Of a DNA stretch of 64,000 bases, positions 29,616-41,000 are shown in pieces; the stretch's first letter is position 1; the number at the start of each line of letters is the position of its first letter. The notes below the pieces were generated by a model. That model was not told where the DNA came from. It saw only the letters and a program-made list of their open reading frames with translations, and did no database searches. Both the position numbers and the translations under genes were made by a program. The stretch is from Centroscyllium fabricii. Its lineage: Eukaryota. The stretch covers positions 186,001 to 250,000 of the forward strand of contig JBNRSN020000194.1 in assembly GCA_051313645.2 (NCBI GenBank). The letters run 5' to 3'.

Positions 29616-32600
29616 TGAGTATACTCGGAGCACCCGCCCCTGACTGAGAATACTCGGAACACACACCCCTGACTGAGAATACTTGGAGCACCCGCCTCTG
29701 ACTGAGAATATTTGGAGCACTCGCCCCTGACTGAGAATACTGAGAGCACCCGCCCCTGACTGATGATACTCAGAGAACCCACCCCTGACTGAGAATATTG
29801 AGAGCACCCGCACCTGACTGAGAATACTGAGAGCACCCGCCCCTGACTTAGAATACTCGGAGCACACGCCCCTGACTGTGAATACTCAGAGCACACACCC
29901 CTGACTGAGAATACACGGAGCACCCGCCCCTGAATGAGAATACTTGGTGCATCAGCCCCTGACTGAGAATACTGAGGTCACCCGCCCCTGACTGAGAAAA
30001 ATCAGAGCACCCGCCCCATAATGAGAATACTCAGAGCACCCGCCCCTGACTGAGAATACTCAGATCACCCGCCCCTGAATGAGAATACTCAGAGCACCCT
30101 CCCATGACTGAGAATACTCGGAGCACCCGCCCATGACTGAGAATACTTGGAGTACCAGCCCCTGACTGAGAATACTCGGAGCACTCGCCTCTGACTGAGA
30201 ATACTCGGAGCACGCGCCCCTGACTGAAAATGTTCGGAGCACCCGCCCCTGACTGAGAATACTTGGAGCACAAACCCCTCACTGAGAATACTCGGAGTAC
30301 CCGCCCCTGACTGAGAATACTGAGAGCACCCTCCCCAAATTGAGGATACTCAGAGCACCCACCCCTGACTGAGAAAACTGAGAGCACCCGCACCTGACTG
30401 AGAATACTGAGAGCACCCGCACCTGACTGAGAATACTGAGAGCACCCGCCCCTGACTTAGAATCCTCAGAGCACACGTCCCTGACTGAGAATACTCGGAG
30501 CACCCGCCCCTGACTTAGAATCCTCAGAACACACATCACTGACTGTGAATAATCAGAGCACCCACCCCTGACTGAGAATACTCGGAGCACCCGCCCCTGA
30601 TTGAGAATACTCGGAGCACCCGCCCCTGACTGAGAATACTCGGAGCACCCGCCCCTGACTTAGAATCCTCAGAGCACACGTCTCTGACTGTGAATAATCA
30701 GAGCACCCACCCGTGACTGAGAATACTCGGAGCACACGCCCCTGAATGAGAATATTCGGTGCACCCGCCCCTGACTGAGAATACTGAGGTCACCCACCCC
30801 TGTCTGAGAATATTCAGAGCACCCACCCCTTAATGAGAATACTCAGAGCACCCGCCCCTGACTGAGAATACTCAGAGCACCCGCCCATGACTGAGAATAC
30901 TCGGAGCACCCACCCATGACTGAGATTAATTGGAGTACCAGCCCCTGACTGAGAATACTCGGAGCACTCGCCTCTGACTGAGAATATTCGGAGCACTCGC
31001 CCCTGACTGAAAATGTTCGGAGCACCCGCCCCTGACTGAGAATACTCGGAGCACACACACCTGACTGAGAATACTCGGAGCACACACCCCTGACTGAGAT
31101 TACTCGGATTACCCGCCCCTGACTGAGAATACTCAGAGCACCCGCCCATGACTGAGAATACTCCGAGCACCCACCCATGACTGAGAATACTTGGAGTACC
31201 AGCCCCTGACTGAGAATACTCGGAGCACTCGCCGCTGACTGGAAATTTTCGGAGCACCCGCCCCTGACTGAGAATACTCGGAGCACACACCACTGACTCA
31301 GAATACTTGGAGCACCAACACCTGAATGAGAATACTCGGTGCACTCGCCCCTGACTGAGAATTCTGGGAGCATACACCCCTTACTGAGAATACTGAGAGC
31401 ACACATCACTGAATGAGAATATTCAGAGCTCCCGCCACTGACTGAATATACTCGGAGCACCCGCCCCTGACTGAGAATACTCGGAGCACCCTCCCCTGAC
31501 TGAGAATACTCAGAGCACACACCCCTGACTGAGAATACTTGGAGCACCCGCCCCTGACTGAGAATATTCGGAGCACTCGCCCCTGAATGAGAACACTGAG
31601 AGCACCCGCCCCTGTCTGAGAATACTGAGAGCACCCACCCCTGACTGATAATACTGAGAGCACCCGCACCTGACTGAGGATACTCAGAGCACCCACCCAT
31701 GACTGAGAATACTGAGAGCACCCGCACCTGACTGAGAATACTGAGAGCTCCCGTCCCTGACTGAGAATACTGAGAGCACCCGCCCCTGACTGAGGATACT
31801 CAGAGCACCCACCCCTGACTGAGAATACTGAGAGCACCCGCACCTGACTGAGAATACTGAGAGCTCCCGCCATGACTTAGAATACTCAGAGCACACGCCC
31901 CTGACTGAGAATACTGAGTGCACCCGCACCTGACTGAGAATACTGAGAGCACCCGCCACGACTTAGAATACTCAGAGCACACGCCCCTGACTGAGAATAC
32001 TCGAAGCACCCGCCCCTGACTGATACTACTCGGAGAATCCGCCCCTGACAGAGAATACCTGTTGCATCCGGCGTGACTGAGAATAATCGGAGCTCGCACA
32101 CCTGACTGAGTATACTCGGAGCACCCGCCCCTGACTGAGAATACTCAGAGCTGCCGCCCCTGACTGAGTATACTCGGAGCACCCGCCCCTGACTGAGAAT
32201 ACTCGGAACACACACCCCTGACTGAGAATACTTGGAGCACCCGCCTCTGACTGAGAATATTTGGAGCACTCGCCCCTGACTGAGAATACTGAGAGCACCC
32301 GCCCCTGACTGATGATACTCAGAGAACCCACCCCTGACTGAGAATATTGAGAGCACCCGCACCTGACTGAGAATACTGAGAGCACCCGCCCCTGACTTAG
32401 AATACTCGGAGCACACGCCCCTGACTGTGAATACTCAGAGCACACACCCCTGACTGAGAATACACGGAGCACCCGCCCCTGAATGAGAATACTTGGTGCA
32501 TCAGCCCCTGACTGAGAATACTGAGGTCACCCGCCCCTGACTGAGAAAAATCAGAGCACCCGCCCCATAATGAGAATACTCAGAGCACCCGCCCCTGACT

Positions 32601-33656
32601 GAGAATACTCAGATCACCCGCCCCTGAATGAGAATACTCAGAGCACCCTCCCATGACTGAGAATACTCGGAGCACCCGCCCATGACTGAGAATACTTGGA
32701 GTACCAGCCCCTGACTGAGAATACTCGGAGCACTCGCCTCTGACTGAGAATACTCGGAGCACGCGCCCCTGACTGAAAATGTTCGGAGCACCCGCCCCTG
32801 ACTGAGAATACTCGGAGCACAAACCCCTCACTGAGAATACTCGGAGTACCCGCCCCTGACTGAGAATACTGAGAGCACCCTCCCCAAATTGAGGATACTC
32901 AGAGCACCCACCCCTGACTGAGAAAACTGAGAGCACCCGCACCTGACTGAGAATACTGAGAGCACCCGCACCTGACTGAGAATACTGAGAGCACCCGCCC
33001 CTGACTTAGAATCCTCAGAGCACACGTCCCTGACTGAGAATACTCGGAGCACCCGCCCCTGACTTAGAATCCTCAGAACACACATCACTGACTGTGAATA
33101 ATCAGAGCACCCACCCCTGACTGAGAATACTCGGAGCACCCGCCCCTGATTGAGAATACTCGGAGCACCCGCCCCTGACTGAGAATACTCGGAGCACCCG
33201 CCCCTGACTTAGAATCCTCAGAGCACACGTCTCTGACTGTGAATAATCAGAGCACCCACCCGTGACTGAGAATACTCGGAGCACACGCCCCTGAATGAGA
33301 ATATTCGGTGCACCCGCCCCTGACTGAGAATACTGAGGTCACCCACCCCTGTCTGAGAATATTCAGAGCACCCACCCCTTAATGAGAATACTCAGAGCAC
33401 CCGCCCCTGACTGAGAATACTCAGAGCACCCGCCCATGACTGAGAATACTCGGAGCACCCACCCATGACTGAGATTAATTGGAGTACCAGCCCCTGACTG
33501 AGAATACTCGGAGCACTCGCCTCTGACTGAGAATATTCGGAGCACTCGCCCCTGACTGAAAATGTTCGGAGCACCCGCCCCTGACTGAGAATACTCGGAG
33601 CACACACACCTGACTGAGAATACTCGGAGCACACACCCCTGACTGAGATTACTCGG
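29616..33656. repeat. Near-identical ~1.49-kb satellite block duplicated at +2549 (about 29616-31107 and 32165-33656)
   Basis: Near-identical translations and variants at 30031/32580, 30279/32828 and 30553/33102. Confidence 0.85.
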
Positions 33657-34439
33657 TATACCCGCCCCTGACTGAGAATACTCAGAGCACTCGCCCCTGA
33701 CTGAGAATACTCGGAGCACCCACCGCTGACTGAGAATACTTGGTGCACCCGCCACTGAATGAGAATACTCTGAGCACCTGCCCCTGACTGAGAATACTCA
33801 GAGCACTCACCCCGACTGAGAATAATCGGAGCACCCACCTCTGACCAAGAATTCTCGGAGCACCCGCCACTGACTGAGAATTCTCGGAGCACCCACCCCT
33901 GACTGAGAATACTTGGAGCACCCACCCCTGACTGAGAATACTCGGAGCACCTGCCCCTGACTTAGAATACTCGGAGCACACGCCCCTGACTGAAAATACT
34001 CAGAGCACCCGCCCCTGACTGTGAATACTCAGAGCACCCGCCCCTGACTGAGTATACTGAGAGCACCCGCCCCTGATTGAGAATACTCGGAGCGCCCGCC
34101 CCTGACTGAGAATACTCGGAGCACCCGCCCCTGACTTAGAATAATCGGAGCACCCGCCCCTGACTGAGAATACTCGGAGCACCCACCCCTGACTGAGAAT
34201 TCTCAGAGCAGCTGCCACGACTCAGAATACTCGGAGCACACACACCCCTGACTGAGAATACTCGGAGCACTCGCCCCTGACTGAGAATACTGGGAGCGCA
34301 CAACCCTTACTGAGAATACTGGGAGCGCACACCCCTTACTTGGAATACTCGGATCACACAACCGAGACTGAGTATACTTGGAGCACCCACCCCTGACTGA
34401 GAATACTCGGAGCACCTGCCCCTGAATTAGAATACTCGG

Positions 34440-34739
34440 TGTGACCGAAATAACGACCTCGTGGACGAGTAGTGAGAAAGAGAAACAATGCGGCTTTTAT
34501 TAACTAAATGCTGGGACACGCACCAGCTTGTCGACTGTCCCCAGGTATGGCCGGTGGATGGGAGACGACCATTTATATACCCCCTCCTGGGAGGGATGAG
34601 TCGCGGGCGGAACCAGCCTTTGCATGTCCCGGTAATCGTATAACAGGTTATATACAACATGGCATTAGGTACGATTACATAGATACCAACGTGGTGATTA
34701 TATACAATAAGAAACAGTGGGAAACAGTGGTTTATCACA
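34440..34739 (-). repeat. Element A 3' LTR (300 bp)
   Basis: Direct repeat of 48579-48878 with about 21 substitutions (hand count). On minus it has TATATAAAT (34579-34571) and AATAAA (34501-34496). Confidence 0.97.
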
Positions 34740-34753
34740 TTCACCCCTTCTTT
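34740..34753 (-). other. Element A polypurine tract (AAAGAAGGGGTGAA)
   Basis: Purine-rich run on minus directly before the 3' LTR. Element B has the same core. Confidence 0.9.
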
Positions 34754-34805
34754 AAAACAAAAGTCCGGCGGGTCAATGCAAAAGTTCTTTTATTTATTTA
34801 TTTAA

Positions 34806-37598
34806 TCATAAATTAAGTCGCTCCGGCGGCCTGGTGATCCTTGTCGAGCGTCGCACCGTTGGTGGAGTCGGTTGTAGCGCTGGTGCTGATGCAGGTTGGC
34901 GAGCGGTGATCGTCGGTTGGTTTCTGGGTGGTGGTGCCCTTATACCGACAGTAGGAGGCGCGCTCTCTCCCTCGTCATCTGACTCTAGGGCGCGTGCACT
35001 GTGGAGCCATGCTGGAGGCCATGCCGTGCTGCTAGCAGGTGCCGGGTGGACGTACTGGTGTACAGGGTCCTCGTGCCGGGGAGCGTACCTTGGTGCTGGT
35101 GGCTGGGGTGGCGTGGCAGGCCGCGATGGCCCGGATGGGGTGGCAGGCCGTCTTGGGTGCGCGGGCTGCTGGGCGGGGCGTCTTGGGTGCGCTGTCTGCT
35201 GGGCGGGGCTGGGTTTGGGGATCCCTGCTGGTGCCAGGTCCTTGATGGACACTATGTCCTCCCTCCCGTCGGGGAACGCCACGTAGGCGTACTGGGGATT
35301 GGCGTGCAGGAGGTTGACCCGTTCGACCAGGGGATCTGCCTTGTGGCCCCTCACATGCTTCCGTAGTAGGACCAGTCCCGGGGATAGCAGCCACGATGGT
35401 AGCGAGGTCCCGGAAGCCGACTTCCTGGGGAAGGCAAAAAGTCATTCGTGAGGGGTGGCATTAGTGGCCGTACACAGGAGGGACCGGATAGAGTGGAGCG
35501 CTTCAGGGAGGACGTCCTGCCATCGGGAGACTGGGAGGCTTTTAGACCGTATGGCTAACAGGATGGCCTTCCAGACAGTGGCGTTACCCCTCTCTACCTG
35601 CCCGTTCCCCCGGGGGTTGTAGCTGGTAGTTCTACTAGTCGCGAAGCCTTTGGCTAGCAGAAACTGATGCAGCTCGTCACTCATAAAGGACGCTCCCCGG
35701 TCACTATGAATATAGTTGGGATAGCCGAACAGGGAGAAGATGCTGTGGAGGGCTTTGATAACAGTGGCTGAGGTCATGTCCGGGCAGGGGATGGCCAAGG
35801 GGAAGCGGGAGTACTCATCGATCACATTAAGGAAGTACACGTTCCTGTTGGAGGAGGGAAGGGGCCCTTTGAAATCGACGCTGAATCGTTCAAAGGGGCG
35901 AGTGGCCTTAATCAAGTGCGCCCAGTCTGGCCGGTAGAAGTGCGGCTTGCACTCCGCGCAGACCTGGCAGTTGCTGGTCAGCGTCTTGACCTCCTCGATG
36001 GAGGAGGGGAGGTTGCGGGACTTCACGAAGTGAACCAACCTGGTGACCCCCGGTTGGCAGAGGTCATTGTGAAGTGTTTGGAGGCGGTCTGTCTGTGCGC
36101 TGGCACATGTACTGCGGGATAGGGCATTTGGGGGTTCATTAAATTTCCCGGGCCGGTACAAGATATCATAGTTGAACGCGGAGAGTTCAATTCTCCACCT
36201 TAATATCTTGTTGTTCTTTATTTTACCCTGCTCTTTGTTGTTGAACATAAAAGCGACTGATTGTTGGTCAGTCAGCAGGGTAAAACGCTTGCTGGCCAGG
36301 TAGTGCTTCCAGTGACGCACTGCTTCAACGATGGCCTGGGCCTCCTTCTCGACTGAGGAGTGGCGGGTCTCGGGGCCCTGGAGGGTACGTAAGAAGAAGG
36401 CCACGGGTCTGCCCGCCTGGTTAAAGGTGGCGGCCAGGGCAAAGTCCGATGCATCGCTCTCTACTTGAAATGGGACAGACTCGTCCACAGCGTGCATCGT
36501 GGTTTTTGCGATGTCATTCTTAATGCCGCAGAACGCCGAGCGGTCTTCTGCGGACAGGGGAAAAGAGGTAGATTTAAGCAGTGGGTGAGCTTTGTCTGCG
36601 TAATTGGGGACACACTGGGCGTAATACGCAAAGAAACCCAAGCACCGTTTAAGGGCCTTGGGGGAGTGGGGGAGGGGAAGCTCCATGAGGGGGCGCATGC
36701 AGTCCGGGTCAGGACCGATGACCCCATTCTCCACAACACTGCCGAGGATGGCGAGGCGGGTGGTACTGAACACGCACTTTTCGGTGTTATAGGTCAAATT
36801 AAGTGTTTTGGCGGTGTGGAGAAATTTCTGGAGGTTGGCGTCATGGTCCTGCTGATCATAATGTGGAGGTGCCGGTGTTGGACTGGGGTGGACAAATGCA
36901 AAAAGTCACACTGCTGATCATGGCCACAGATGGTCACATTATCGAGGTACGGGAAAGTGGCTCGCAGCCCGTACCGATCGACCATTCGGTCCATCTCCCT
37001 TTGGAAGACCGAGACCCCATTCGTGACGCCAAACGGGACCCTAAGAAAGTGATAGAGGCGACCGTCAGCCTTGAAGGCTGTATAGAGACGGTCCTCCGGG
37101 CGGATGGGGAGCTGGTGATAAGCGGACTTCAGGTCTATGGTGGAAAACACCCGGAACTGTGTAATCTGGTTCACCTGTTCGGCTATCCGGGGAAGGGGGT
37201 AAGCGTCTAACTGGGTGAACCGGTTTATGGTCTGGCTGTAATCAACGACTATCCGGTTCTTCGCTCCGGTTTTGACCACCACTACCTGCGCCCTCCAGGG
37301 GCTATTACTGGCCTCGATAACCCCTTCCTTCAGGAGGCGCTGCACCTCGGACATAATAAAGTCCATGTCCCCAGCACGGTAGCGCCTGCTCTTGGTGGCG
37401 ATGGGCTTGCAGTCTGGGGTGAGGTTGACAAAGGGCGAGGGAGGGGCGACCTTAAGGGTCGAGAGGCCACAGGTAGCGTGCCGGGGGTGCTGTGCTGAGC
37501 GCCGGTTGCTGACCGTGAGTGAGGGAAGGGCCCACCGTACGCCATGGTAACACTCTGGAGGTGGCACTGAATGTCCAGACCCAATAGTAATGTGACAC
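34806..37598 (-). pseudogene. pol: Element A pol (protease C-terminus, RT, RNase H, integrase)
   Basis: LLLGLDI continues the protease across element B. RT: IDLKSAYHQL, PFGVTNG, YLDN. RNase H: ESDASD, EKEAQA, TDQ. Integrase: VDFKGP, HSDRG, QVER. Lesions: frameshift near 37530, 62-bp insertion at 36860-36921, in-frame TGA at 35444-35442. Confidence 0.95.
36860..36910 (-). mobile_element. 51-bp retroposed fragment with 11-bp TSD, probably a severely 5'-truncated non-LTR or Penelope-like element end
   Basis: CTGCTGATCAT is duplicated at 36849-36859 and 36911-36921. Removing the insert and one TSD restores CGHDQQDHDANL, as in element B. The family assignment is from memory of shark repeats and is unverified. 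Confidence 0.8.
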
Positions 37599-37631
37599 TG
37601 TGGTAACCCATATTGTATATATTTACCACTG
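37599..37631 (+). repeat. Element B 5' LTR, first 33 bp
   Basis: TGTGGTAACCCATATTGTATATATTTACCACTG matches 47038-47070 with one mismatch. Confidence 0.93.
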
Positions 37632-37911
37632 TGTGGCGACACGCCCACCGGCAGCTACGAATCCGCTCCAGGAACGCTGCAAGACCGCCCCGCCCGTCGG
37701 GTGACGCACGGACGTCGCCGGCATCCCCGACGTGATGACATCACCAGGTGGCCAACCGGCAGTGACGTCACCAACAGCGGGACCTTTAAATACCTGAGCG
37801 CCAGGTGGCTCACTCTCTTTTTCCACCTGGCCCTAGCTGTAACATCATTAAAAGTTAATCTTCCGAATCCTCTGTGTCCAGTGTGGTCCTTCGGCCCTGT
37901 ATGCCTCTACA
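37632..37911 (+). repeat. Element C 5' LTR (280 bp)
   Basis: Direct repeat of 42246-42508 with 6 substitutions and one 17-bp indel (hand count). Confidence 0.97.
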
Positions 37912-37912
37912 G

Positions 37913-37924
37913 TGGTGACCTCGA
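37913..37924 (+). promoter_or_regulatory. Element C primer-binding site, tRNA-Trp type (TGGTGACCTCGA)
   Basis: Starts 1 nt after the 5' LTR. Matches 11/12 to TGGTGACCCCGA, the complement of the vertebrate tRNA-Trp 3' end. Confidence 0.88.
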
Positions 37925-38007
37925 TACTTGGGACGATTCCCAAGGGAACAATGAAGCAGTCGCTGCAGGACTGAGGGCCAAGCTGCCTCAGTGGAATCGC
38001 TATCACC

Positions 38008-41000
38008 ATGCCAGCAGGGATCGACCCAGCATGCCAAGGCAGACGGGGCCACCTCTACCTCCAGATCCCAGCCCTACCACAGTTCTGGGAGCTCCGTCCA
38101 GTGGCTTGGTTTCTCAACACGGAGAACACCTTCCGCATCTATGGCGTGCAGGGAGACGAGCGCTACAGCCTGCTCTTCGCAGCTCTTGCACAGTCCTCCA
38201 TCGACAGAATGTGGGACACCATCGAGCAAGATACTACTGCTGGCAGGTACGAATCGCTAAAGGCCGCGCTGCTTGAAAAATTTACCCCAACCATTTTCGA
38301 GCGCGATTGCCAGGTCATTAACCTCCCCGACCTGGGAGACTCAGACCCCACTGACTTGTGGGCCCAGTTCGAGGCGCTCAATCGCGACCCGGCCACCCTT
38401 AAGCGCGCCCCCTGCCTCCTTAAGCTGCCCCCCTCCATCAGACCGACACTGACCGTCTTGGAGCACCTCTCAAACAGGCAGTTAGCTCAGGAGGCAGACA
38501 AGCTTATTAAGGCCGAGCGCACCCGCGCCACCATGCACCGTAACGCTGCTGCTCAACAAGAGCAGCACTACACGCAACCCCGGCCCCAACTCAGAGCTGC
38601 GTGGACCCACAAAAAGCCGCGCACCACGGGACCCGGCTGGTGCTACTACCACACCAGGTTTGAGGCCAAAGCGCAGCGCTGCGTCCCGCCCTGCACCTTC
38701 AAACCCCAAACCAGCCCAGGCCCCACCATGTGCGACGGCCGCTCCGGAGCGCTGCTCTTCATGACAGACAGTGTCTCAGGCCTCCGCTTCCTCTGCGACA
38801 CAGGCGCGCAGCACATCATCGTGCCAGCCTCTCCCGCAAAATCCAAGCAGGGCACCCAAGGCCCACCACTCGAAGCCGCAAACGGCTCCGAGATACTCAC
38901 GTTTGGTACCCGCCAGCTTACCATTAAACTAGCACGCCACAGGTACACGTGGAACTTCATTACTGCGCAGGTTAAAATATCCCTACTCGGGGCCGACTTT
39001 CTGTGCGCCCACGGGCTCCAAGTCGACGTTACCCGGCGCCGTCTGGTCGACATCCACCTCATGTCGACCATCCCTTGCTCCGCAGGCCCAGCACACCAGA
39101 CCCACGCAGCAGCCCACTGCCGGGCCCAGAACTCCGACACGTACGCCACGCTGCTCGCTGAGTTCCCGGCCCTTACCAACCCAACCTTCAAAGCCCACTC
39201 CGCCAAGCATGGCGTAGAGCACCACATCACCACCACAGGCCCCCCATTCCATGCCCACACACGCAGGCTGGACCCAGCCAAGCTAGAGATCGCGCGCGCC
39301 GAGTTCCACATCATGGAACAGCTCGGCATAATCCGCCGCTCCAGCAGCCCCTGGGCCTCCCCCCTCCACATTGCCCCCAAACCTGACGGCGGCTGGCGCC
39401 CCTGCGGAGACTACCACCGCCTCAACAACGCCACCACCCCAGACAGGTACCCCGTCCCCCACATCCAAGATTTTTCCGCAAGGCTAGCCGGCTGCACGGT
39501 CTTTTCAAAGATCGACCTGGTACGGGGCTACCACCAAGTTCCAGTGCACCCGGCGGACGGCCCTAAGACAGCCGTCATCAACCCATTCGGCCTGTTCGAA
39601 TTCCTCCGAATGCCCTTCGGACTCAAAAACGCGGCGCAGGCCTTCCAGCGCCTCATGGACTCAGTCCTCCGGGACCTGCAGTTCACATTCGTCTATCTTG
39701 ACGACATCCTAGTGGCCAGCGCATCCCCCCAGGAACACCTCATCCACCTTAGGACCCTTTTCAACCGCCTGGCCGAACACGGCCTTATATTAAGCCCCTC
39801 CAAGTGTCGATTCGGCCTCGAGGCTATCGACTTCCTCGGCCACCACATCTCCCAGACCAGGGCCATACCCCTGCCCTCCAAGGTGCAAGCGGTCCAGGAA
39901 TTCCCCCGCCCGCACTCCATCACGGGTCTGCAGGAATTTCTCGGGATGGTTAATTTTTACAATCGTTTCATCCCCGGAGCAGCCGCTCTCATGGCCCCCC
40001 TCTATCAGGCCACCCGCGGGCAGTCCAACAAGGCTGCGGTCGAGTGGACGGCCGAAGCCGCCACCGCCTTCACCGCAACCAAAACAGCCCTGGCTAATGC
40101 CACGCTCCTCAGCCACCTTAGGCCCAACGCCAGAGTAGCCCTCACCACCGACGCCTCCGACCACGCTGTCGGAGCAGTCTTCGAGCAGTGGACGGGCGAC
40201 TCCTGGCAGCCACTGGCCTTTTTCAGCCGACAACTCTGGCCCCCAGAGGTCAAGTACAGCGCCTTCGATAGGTAGCTACTCGCTCACTACCTCGCGGTGC
40301 GCCACTTTCACTTCCTCTTGGAGGGCCGCCACTTTAAAGCCTTCGTGGATCACAAGCCACTGGTCTCCGCAATGGCTAAGATCTCCGAACCCTGGTCGGC
40401 CAGGCAGCAGCGCCAGCTCGCGGCCGTGTCCGAGTTCACGACCGACATCCAGCACATTGCCGGCCGTGACAACGTGGTCACTGACTGCCTCTCACGCCCC
40501 GCCATCGGCAAACCAACCCCCGACCGCCCCCCTTGCCCCACCAGCGGCAAGCCAGCCACCGGCCACCCCCTGCACCCCGCCACCAGCAGCGCAGGCCCCA
40601 CTGGCACACAAACCGCCGAGCACCCCCCACGCCCCGCCATCGACAGCGCGGTCACCGACAAACCCCCACCACCAGCCACCGACCACACCTGCGCGCACTG
40701 CCTCTCATAGCCAGCCACCAACACCGTCCAGACGGCCGTCGACTACGCCAAAATGGCAGCCGACCAACTGACCGACCCCGACCTCCTCGACCCCGCCAAC
40801 AAACTCCCCGGCCTGCTCCTAGCCACCATAGCACACGGACCCACAGCCACGGGGGTCCGCTGCGACGTCACCCTGCCCCAACCCAGACCCGTCGTCCCCC
40901 ACACATGGAGGCAACACATCTTTCAGACCCTCCATGGCCTGTCCCACCCCGGTGTCCGCGCATCCACCAAGCTCATCTCTGCGCGATTCGTTTGGCGTGG

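Larger units (their letters stand above)
1..34439. repeat. 29-bp tandem satellite array, left arm (consensus CTGACTGAGAATACTCGGAGCACCCGCCC, about 1,190 monomers)
   Basis: Continuous 29-bp periodicity from base 1 to the TSD at 34435-34439. Monomers vary by a few substitutions, with occasional 25-30 bp variants. Confidence 0.99.

Noticed and set aside
1-34439. CRISPR-like array (29-bp repeat with partial palindrome)
   Set aside because: Repeats are head-to-tail with no unique spacers, there are no cas genes, and the context is eukaryotic.
34539-34550. Predicted 5' end of A's RNA (ATACCTGG) resembles the U1 snRNA 5' end
   Set aside because: The match is only about 7 nt and element B has no equivalent at its predicted start.
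34508-34816. Antisense ORF in A's LTR, also open in the other copy (48647-48898)
   Set aside because: Short, no recognisable domain, many amino-acid differences between copies, and the stop lies outside the LTR in different flanks.
37630-37631. Alternative start of C's LTR 2 bp earlier (TGTGTGG in both copies)
   Set aside because: Only the 37632 start gives a perfect TSD (ACTG) and restores B's LTR exactly.
37632-37911. All differences between C's LTRs fall in the 5' half, suggesting gene conversion
   Set aside because: Only six substitutions, most at or beside CpGs in the CpG-rich half. Too few to infer conversion.
40273-40275. Programmed stop readthrough in element C
   Set aside because: The TAG replaces the conserved RNase H Glu (FDRELLA), which fits a GAG-to-TAG mutation and is not at a gag/pol boundary.
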